A DNA stretch of 64,000 nt from contig JAYWIR010000029.1 in NCBI GenBank assembly GCA_036172245.1, positions 186,001 through 250,000 of the forward strand, written 5' to 3'. Every line of letters starts with the position of its first letter. Positions within the stretch are counted from its first letter, which is position 1. A program made the position numbers and the translations under genes. This stretch comes from Raillietiella orientalis (Eukaryota). The notes under the pieces were generated by a model, which was not told the origin of the DNA, did no database searches, and saw nothing but the letters and a program-made list of their open reading frames with translations. Below are positions 24,785 through 64,000 of the stretch, piece by piece.

Positions 24785-26013
24785 ATGAATCCTCATTATT
24801 CGAAAGGTAATTTATTAATTTTTTTAATTCTTACATTCTGATGGATTAGTGTATACATTTCGTTTGCAGCTTTCCATAGGAGATTGTAAAGAATTAAGTA
24901 TCATAATGCAAATTATCTATGCAATAGCATTTTTAGTGTGACCAGTAGTTTTCATTTCAACCATTTCATATTCGGAAGATTGCCCTTTGATTGTATATTT
25001 GCTAACTTCATTTGGTACTCTATAGTACTCTATTGTTGTTGTAGTAACCGTGCCCATATCTATTGTATTTACATACCGTTAAAACATCCTTATAGTTTTC
25101 CATTTTTCATTACATATATGTAAATTTGTTTCACTGTTTTATTTAAGTTAAGACCAGAATAACATGTTTTTGTTAAAGGTTCATTGCTACCAACCCAGAA
25201 GTCTCAGTGTAGATTGTACGCCATGAAATTCTGCCCCTATGTACAAAGAATAGCATTGGCCATGACTGCGAAAAATGTAATGTATGTTTGTTTAGATTTC
25301 ATTGAAATGTAATCACTGATATTTTGTACAGATATGAAACAGTGAACGTGAATCTTGTAAATAAACCAGAATGGCTTTTTGAGAAAAACCCATTTGGAAA
25401 GGTACCAATTTTGGAGCACAATGGAAAAATTGTATATGATAGTCTCATTATCATTGATTACCTCGATGGTACCTTTCGAGAATTTCCTTTGCAGTGTACT
25501 GATCCATATCAAAGGGCTTGTGATAGAATGTTTATTTTATATCTTGACAAGGTTATTTGAACATGGAATTCCGGATGCTTCTTGTAATTGTAGATATCAA
25601 CAACTATGTACAAGCTATATACTGTCAAAGACTGGAGAACAGAAGCCTTAAGTGTGCAGTCTTCCTTGGTTGATGCTGTGACTCCCTTTGAGATGGAACT
25701 GCAATCTCGATCCACATCATTTTTTTCAGGTTAGTGTTATAATGGCGGTAGGATTGATTTTTTTGATACAGGAGAACGACCTGGATTTGTTGACTATGTT
25801 ATTTGGCCGTGGTTCGAGCGCATACAGATGCTTCCTTTGATTACACAACAGGAGACAGCAATATCTAAAACAGGGCTTTTGAAAGAGTGGATGAGGAACA
25901 TGATGTTGGACTTTGCTGTTCAGAAGCATTATATCCACCCCAAGCATTATTTAAAATTCCTTGTAAGTGTCCATGAGCACAATCCAGATTATGATATGGA
26001 CTTTGAATCTTAA
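24785..26013 (+). CDS. GstO: Glutathione S-transferase, omega class. Exons: 24785-24806, 25179-25281, 25332-25551, 25594-25729, 25772-26013
   Basis: RLYAMKFCPYVQR (omega active-site Cys), VNLVNKPEWLFEKNPFGKVPILE, YDSLIIIDYLD, DPYQRACDRM, FFSGERPGFVDYVIWPWFERI and C-terminal NPDYD. All introns are GT-AG and phase-consistent. Confidence 0.95.
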
Positions 26014-29000
26014 ACCGGTGCATTCAGCATTATTTGATTTTATTGGCAAATGCCAATGTAAAGGATCTGATGTGGATGTGTTTATTTAATTAATCAAGTG
26101 TTATCTCAGAAAAAAGCATGAACTTTTTTGATTCACAAAGAAAAATTAGGAATCCTAGGGAAGAAGTATAGAAGAATAAAGGTTTTTGTAGATGCCAACA
26201 TTTTTATATTTTGTGAAATTCATGTTAAGAGGCAGTCATATTATTAATCAGGATTTCTTGAATAGGTTTAATTATCTGGTCATAAAATATGCAATATCCA
26301 TCACTTTAAGTTAATATTGTGATATATCAACTATAAGCCAACTCCTAGTAAATTTGCTTCAAGAATTTTTTACATACAGTTTTCAGTTTTGAAGGCTTGT
26401 GACTTTATATGGCGAAAAAATGTAGAGGGAAAAATTTCTGTAACACAAATTTGATAATTATTTTAGGCCATATTGATGAAGTTATTGTTTTTCTGTCACT
26501 TTGAAATCATAGAAGTTGATGTAAAAGTCAAATTTAAAACAATACTGTACTCAGAAAACGAAAACCAGTGATACTTCCCCCAATGTTATGCATTCTTTGA
26601 CCATAAGCGGAACTTATTCAATAATATTTAAGGGAATGACAAATGTGGAATCCAGCTTAGTGGCATAACTGATTGCCAAGACATTCCAGCAGAGTAATCA
26701 ATGGTAAATGATGGGAAAATGCTTTGCTAATAAAAAAAACTTTTAATTTGAAGTGCAGTTTGATGACATTTTTCTGATTGTAGTAGTTAGTAATTGCTAA
26801 TCTGTAATTTTATCTTGTCTTTGTAATATATTTTAGTTATGAGACTATTTATACTATTCATACAGGTCAAAACAGTTTTTCTGTGATCTTAAGGAAGAGA
26901 TTGCTGAGAGGAGAAGCTGTTGAGCTGAATAGAATCACCAGTTGAAACTAGTAATACTCAAAAGTAATAGCATTCAATAGCTTCTTGAGGGATTGCAAAA
27001 ACATTTGTCTACAAGAATGCGCTCAAATTTTGTGTAAGAATATGCATAGCGAAATGTCATCAAATGGACAGCTGAAGTAGAAAATATTGCAAGAAATGAC
27101 GAGCTACCCTCAAATTATTTTCCTCAAATCATCTCCATTTTAAAGTTGATTCATTCAGATTATAGAATGGAATTACTACTATGAACTGATGAATTGCAAT
27201 TTGTTTGTCATATTATTTTTTATCGTTCTTGCTTAGATAAGTGTGCTTTCACTTTTGAGAATCTGAGATAAGCCATAGTAATTTTGGAAATGATCGTACC
27301 TCGTATTCATTCATTACTTGCATTTAATCTCGCAACTCAAAATCAAAAGGTCTGTAATAAGTGTTGTTTTGACTAAGGATTCTTAAATATCAGAGTTTTG
27401 TTTGCTCCTGAAAAGGATAGTTCAGTTTATGTTTGGTAAAATTGGAACCTCAAAGATTGATAAGGGTTGTGATAATAGAAACTATCCTGCAAGGTGGGAC
27501 TTGTATTCTCAACTATTTTTCTGTTGAATAGTGAATGCAAAAAAGAAATAACTTCATGTTTTTAATTAGTGGCGTTTTCATCTCACTCCAATCATGTGAC
27601 TGCGTTGATTGCAGGCTTTATCAATTTCTTTACTCTGTTTCTAACATTAGGTATCCAGTGCATCTGGATCCCATTACGTTACAGATTCATCACATTAGAT
27701 TAGCTTACATTCTCTACAGGAGACAAGGATTCATTGCGTTACTCAGAATATGAAATATGAAAAAAAAGAACAAAAGTAAAGATGAAATTTGGAGTTAAAG
27801 CCGAAAATCATTTAGGTTGACATTTACTGCTACATTTTACTGCCAAAACAATTCATTCGTGGTACCGAGAGCACTGCACATGGGACCAAGCATAATCCAT
27901 GCATGCGATCCAGGGACGAAAGAACCAGGAACAGTTCCATGCTTTTAAAAGGTCTTTATATAATGTAGAAATATTATATGAGGAGAATGTGCTACTAAAT
28001 AATCTTTTCAGCACAAACAATCCTTAAGAGTCTTTGCTGAGTGAAATGAATCCAAAAACAGATGCATTTAAAATAGTAATTCATTATGATTACACCTTCT
28101 CTCATACTACGGGGTGAAGTTTGTCATCCCTTTTTTTTCTAACCTGATTTCTTCGCGTTTTGATCATTTGGACTTGCAATCGTGGCAAACAGGAAGAAGA
28201 ATTTCCCTGGTTGCAGCGTCAAGACTGAAAGACCGACTGGATCATATTCAGAAAATTACTACTACTGAATCAGAAATACTGTTTCATTCATTCAGAGTGA
28301 CCTCACCATGAACGCATCCGTCCTCATGAGATCGGTGGTTTTCATCTCAAGATGCAAGACAACGAAACGACCTTCTAGGAGTACAAAGGGTAAAAAGAGC
28401 CTCCGAATTTTTAGAGGATGAGGATGCTTCAATCGGGATGCTCTGCTAATCCAATATCTTTAATAATCCGTGGCATTTCAGATATGTTCTTCGCTTGAAA
28501 GAATCAGGTGAGGTATGGAAACCTGAACAAAAAGATATTTCCTCAAACCACAGAAAAAAAGCCATAGAAAAAAACCTGGGTGGATCGCTGAAGTTGTCGA
28601 TCGAAATCTCAGAATGATTCTTTAAGTCATAAACATCCACCCAATGAATGCTTTCCTTAATTATCTCTTCTATTTTTCTGTCAATCAAGAAAAGAGAATG
28701 AGATCATTTTTTATGAGATGAATACAAGAATAGGAAGCTCAGAAAAGCATGTTAAGTCATTTCTCTTAAATTCTCTGCCTTGCTGAGGTGGCCCAATTTC
28801 TGGAGAACAAAAGTAGGATTGAGGGCATTTATAATTTTACATAGTAAGGGAAAATAATATTAAGCTATTAAGTAAGGAGCTAAGAAGCCTCGACATTTGA
28901 AAATACCTTTCATCCAAAAGAAAAATGTGTGACATCGAAAGAGGATGCAATATTGCGAAAAACAGTGGAAATAGAAAAAATACATTTGCTCAGAAAAGAT

Positions 29001-31555
29001 TTTTGCAGTAAATTCAAGAGAAGGATACAACCATTTATTGCCAAATGCACACTCGAGGAACTTTTTAAAGGCAGTGCGATAATGAGAAAAAATGCCAGTA
29101 GCTATGCCTATGTGGAATCATACCGAATCTTAAGCTCGTAAAAGTCAGCATCTTTTTTTCATACTGAGTTGAATAGTAAAGTTGAATGAAAAAGCCAAAA
29201 CAAAATGCAGCTCTGCTGCTGATAAGGTCCGTTCGAACATGGACTTGGCTTTTTGACGAGGGAATGCATTTATTTGGGGAGACCAACACAATAAGAAAAG
29301 AAAAAAATTAGAAGATCAGTTACCGTTTTCTCAGAAAAACTCATTTCAGTAATAAATTCTCAGGGAAGGAAATTTGCTTAGCTTTTTGAGTCCTGTGTGA
29401 TCCATGCTGCTTTAATCTAAGGACTTTATAAAGTGATTAACTTCAAACTTCATTCACACGCCATTAGAAAGCAAGAGGTAGAGAGTAGTCGCGAAAAGAT
29501 GCGAGAAACAGAATAGATGGCAACAGTGCATTTCATATGCTACGACCGTGGCTGTTGTGCACATACATGAAATATACCAACAGATGTGTTTTGGCTTAAC
29601 ACATGCACTACTAAGGATATTTCACACAGAGTAAAGCCTTGGTTGTTATGTACTAAGAGATTGAGTGGATTGTACTAGAAATCCTGTAAGTTTGTCGCTA
29701 AAAGAGATACGTGAAGAAAGTTTCAGACGAAGGATTTTAAGAAAATTTTCCAAATGAACCATATTTTTTGGGAGATCATGAAGATTTCAGGAGTTAAGAG
29801 ATGAGATCATTTTGCAAAATGCAAAATTTGCTGACGTTTGCTTTTTATCTTATTACATGAATTTCATTTCTGGTGCTTCTAATATTCCCCTTGTCGTCCT
29901 GTCAGAGACTCGTCTTTTCAAATTTTGCTTAAATTCCTCGTGATCTACAGTGTATACACGAGAGAACGAGTGCTTGGGAGGATACACTGCACTTTTGCGA
30001 TTGTGGATCCCTTGATGTCATCAAAATTAGTATTAAGTTTTTAGGAAATTTGTTTCGTCTTCCCAAGAGAAGCATAGAGCATCGTTTTCCAATGTCATAA
30101 ACCATCTCATTCCTTCATAGTTCTCATGAGAGCATTTTTCTTATTTCAAGATAATTTTCTGGTAAGTTGCATTCTTTTTTCATGATTTATCTGCTTACTA
30201 TGAGAGTTTTCTCAACTTTGAATAATGATTATCTTGTAAAGTTCTTTGCTTGGAATACGTGGTTGTTGTACTTACAATTTATTCGTATTTACACACTTAT
30301 TTCTTATTTTGAAAATCAAAAAGCTCTTTCTTACAAATCTTGTCAACCTTTAAGATAAAATAAGCCTTTTTTTTTTTTTTTTTTTTTTTTTATCATGTGG
30401 AGAGATGCAAACGCCAAACGCGTAGGAAATTTTCGTTTTCCCGAGGGCCCACGACAAGATGAAAACCTATTTGGAAATGATATACAGGACTTTGCGGCAT
30501 TATCGAGGCCATTTTTCTTAAGTATCACACACAGTGGTCAGTTGGGGTCTTCGTTAGCTCCTGGTGACTCATAGAACAGATCACCATAACGCAGGAAGAC
30601 GCCACCATGAAGCGCGTGTCGTCATGCTAACTGCTAACCCGATAAACAAGTTCGTGAAAGCATTGAGAGACTGAAAACTTTGGTCAACTAGAAGGTCCAA
30701 GTGCAAACACTGACCTTTGTCAAAGGCAACATCTTAAAGCAGGCTTGAGCTGATGGTCTCAGATTTTAAGAAATCCCTCATTCAGAATTCCAGAGACACG
30801 TGCGAGCTTGCCCATGAATCTGTAGATGTTCGTGTATCTCAGTTTGAGTGCCTCCGTATTCGTAAACTGGTCCTAAAGCCAAAATTTCAATCAAGAAACC
30901 CCAAGGATGATAACGGCAACAACTGAGAACAAATTTTCTTAGCTTGAGGATCTTAGCTCGATTAGTAGTCTTCTTGGCTGTTGTGAGTGATGCATCAAAG
31001 AATGTTACTGAATGAGTAACTTCAACGTTGCTTCAAGGAGTGCTTGGAATCCAAATCTTCGATCTCAAGTGAGAATTCTTCCAAGCCTTTCTCCTTTCCG
31101 AGACCTAACTTTTTTTTCCTTTACTTTATTTTTGCTACCTCTCTACCCCTGTTACCTTGCAAACCAGTAAGAATAACATCGAGGAACTTTCTATAATTAT
31201 GTCTGTGTTTTCTTCTATATGCTCTCTGTTTTTTGGAGATTTTTCTCGATCTATTCTTAGCTTCATAATGATTTTTTTTTATTTTTTATTAGGAGAACCT
31301 CCAACAGCAGATATTGAAGAGGATGTCAAGCATGTTTACAGAGAAGAAGTAAGCAAAACGATTTAATTCTTCTTGGTAACTTACCAGAAAAAAACTTGCC
31401 AGAGTCCTTGTATGAGAACTCAAGGATCTCTTTGCTCGATTGAATTCAACTTATGATTCCAACTTGTTAATTGGTTCAGACATGTCTGTTTCCAAAATAT
31501 ACAACCTCAGCTTTCGTGCACTTTACGATCGCAGTGCGTAGATTCGGTGTTGTGG

Positions 31556-31576
31556 TGTGTGTGTGTGTGTGTGTGT
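31556..31576. repeat. (TG)n microsatellite
   Basis: About 10 TG units seen directly. Confidence 0.9.
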
Positions 31577-32948
31577 TTGCATGTGATTTTTGCCATTTCA
31601 AGGAACCAGTGGAGCCCCTTCCCTTAAACTCAAGTTTCGTGCAATTATGTGTTAATGAGATCTCATGTATTCAGTGTGTATCCTGAAAGTCTTTAGCAAA
31701 TCGACTCAGAAAGAAAGGGTAAATTCTCATTAGTCAGCATGAAATGTTTCCTTTATGAAATTGCTGGACAGATCACAATCGAGATTGTGCCAAATTTGGA
31801 TCTCTGAAGTTTCGCAAATGATTTCAGAATACCTTCCTTGAGTTTTAATCTGATCACGGCTGTGTGAAAGCAGGTTCACTAGTTTTCCAGAGAAGATAGT
31901 TTGTTTTTTCATCTTGGCTTTACAAATCCATACGTATGAGCATGCTATTCAGCTAGGTTTTATTGTTATTATTATTATTAATATTATAAAGTTTGTAAAT
32001 TAAAGATAGCCCGCTTCACAAATGATCAAGTGCCTTACACAGAATGTGGCCCCCTCCCCCCTCCCCCCCGGCTGCGTTGAACTCGTCGATGCATTTTCAT
32101 GCATTTCGTCACACAAGGGCAGATCAGCAATCAGTTTGTAATCAGGTTACGTGAATGATTGTGAAAAAAGACCGGCCTCTCTTCAGTGTATTCTTTGTAT
32201 TCTTCCTTGATGTAGATCGTCTCGAAACTGAGGATGTTCCAAGCCTTCCTTTATTTCAATGAAGGGCAATTTTTCTTGCATTTCCTGATGGAACGAAACT
32301 CGAACTGAACAACGAATGTCAAAGTTAACCACAGCCGTTGATTTTCTTGATTTGTTCATAGGCCTAACTGATCGCTTGCCTTTCAGAGATTGCATGGACA
32401 TACGAAACTCAAACCAAAGCGTATCTTTCTTTTTGATATAATGTCGAATTTGTCGTTATACGAATGGGTTCCTTCAGGTCGTTGACGGTCTAAAATGAAT
32501 TTTCAGAGAGCTAATCAGCAACCATGTGTGTTTTCGTGAAGACAGAAGAAAAAGGTTGTTGTCTACTTCCGATTTTATTCCACGGAGCTGTTTCATCTCT
32601 GAGGTAATTGCTTTGGATCAAACACTGTTTCTTCTATGCTCTCTATGGCACTCTTCGTTTCGAGTGGACCGAAGTTCTACGAAACGAAACTTTTCCCCGA
32701 CAACTCAATGCACATCCTACAATTAAAACTAAGATACTAACAAATGTATTTTCCTTCACAGGAACAGTTCAAATCGAAGGGTCTTTCAATGGCATAGTGA
32801 TCTCATAGCACGGCAAGATAGAGAGAAAGAAATCTCTTGATTTCTCTGAAGGGTGATTTTCTGAACAAGATCGGATTACTGAGTTTCTGAAAGACATCCA
32901 CAGTAGCCTTTAATCTTCAAGGTTATAAAAGTTCTTCGACATTGGAGC

Positions 32949-63228
<30,280 letters not shown>

Positions 63229-64000
63229 CTGGAAAGAGAGCAAGTGTCAGTCTTGAGGAGGACGGGAGGAAGTCGACAGCGCTGGCACCACCGCGAACCC
63301 TTCCTTCCCAACCCATCGTTTTCTCCCCCCCCCCCCCTGCTCCTTCTGTTCCTTGTCTGACCATTTTTGGTCTCGAGAGACCACCCGGAGGGCAAGTCAG
63401 CTCTCACCACCCTCCCACTCCTTCCCCTTTCTCTCGCACTCATGCTAGGAACTCGAGGACGATCGCGGTCAGAGGAAGAGGTGGAAAAGTGGGATGCCTC
63501 GAGCTCGAAATCCGAACGTCGGAGGCTGAAATCGACCCTAGCTTGCGTTCCCAGGTCGATTCCCGAACAAACATGAGGGAGGAAGTAGGGGTGAAGGGCG
63601 AGAGCGGAGGTTGCGCTTTCGCGAGGGAAGGGTAATCTCCTGAAAGGAAGGTAGGAAGAGCGGTCTTCGGTTGGATGGTCGGAATGATGATATTCCAGGC
63701 ACCTCAGGGGACACGGAAGATCCCTGCTTGGACGGAATCTCCATCTCTGCAGCAACGGCATAGGGATGGTCCCGGACCGTCGCAGCGATGCGGTCCTGGG
63801 TTCCGGAAAGAGACTGCGGGAGAGAAGGTTCCTATCCGCATCCGTTCTGAGCTCTCTCCCTGTTCCTGTCCGTGCCCACAGATTCCCAGAACTCTATTTA
63901 TGCGGCCGCTGCAGACGTCCCCGAAGAAGTCAGAGATGCATCTCTCCTTCCTGCTCCCTCTCTTATCTCTCCCCTCACTCCGAGATCATGCAAGAAAAGG

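Overview
This is eukaryotic animal genomic DNA with arthropod-like proteins and many very short (38-60 nt) spliceosomal introns. From left to right it contains: (1) a probable but unidentified minus-strand multi-exon gene at the left edge; (2) a complete ~30-exon CAPS/CADPS (unc-31) gene on + (6758-20305); (3) a ~1.7 kb pseudogenised endogenous CRESS-DNA (circular Rep-encoding ssDNA) virus, with a capsid gene on + and a convergent, apparently intron-containing nanovirus/alphasatellite-type Rep on -; (4) an omega-class glutathione S-transferase on + (24785-26013); (5) the 3' part of an ERG/FLI1 (Ets65A-like) ETS factor on - (32949 to >63228), with three 8-10 kb introns. The most notable observations are the spliced-Rep viral fossil and a cryptic, duplicated alternative last exon of CAPS whose splice acceptor lies inside a predicted RNA hairpin. 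Also seen are CAPS microexons, intronic hairpins and an AT-rich/CpG-poor to GC-rich/CpG-rich transition. Exon boundaries were read by eye, family assignments come from recalled motifs, and no searches were run.
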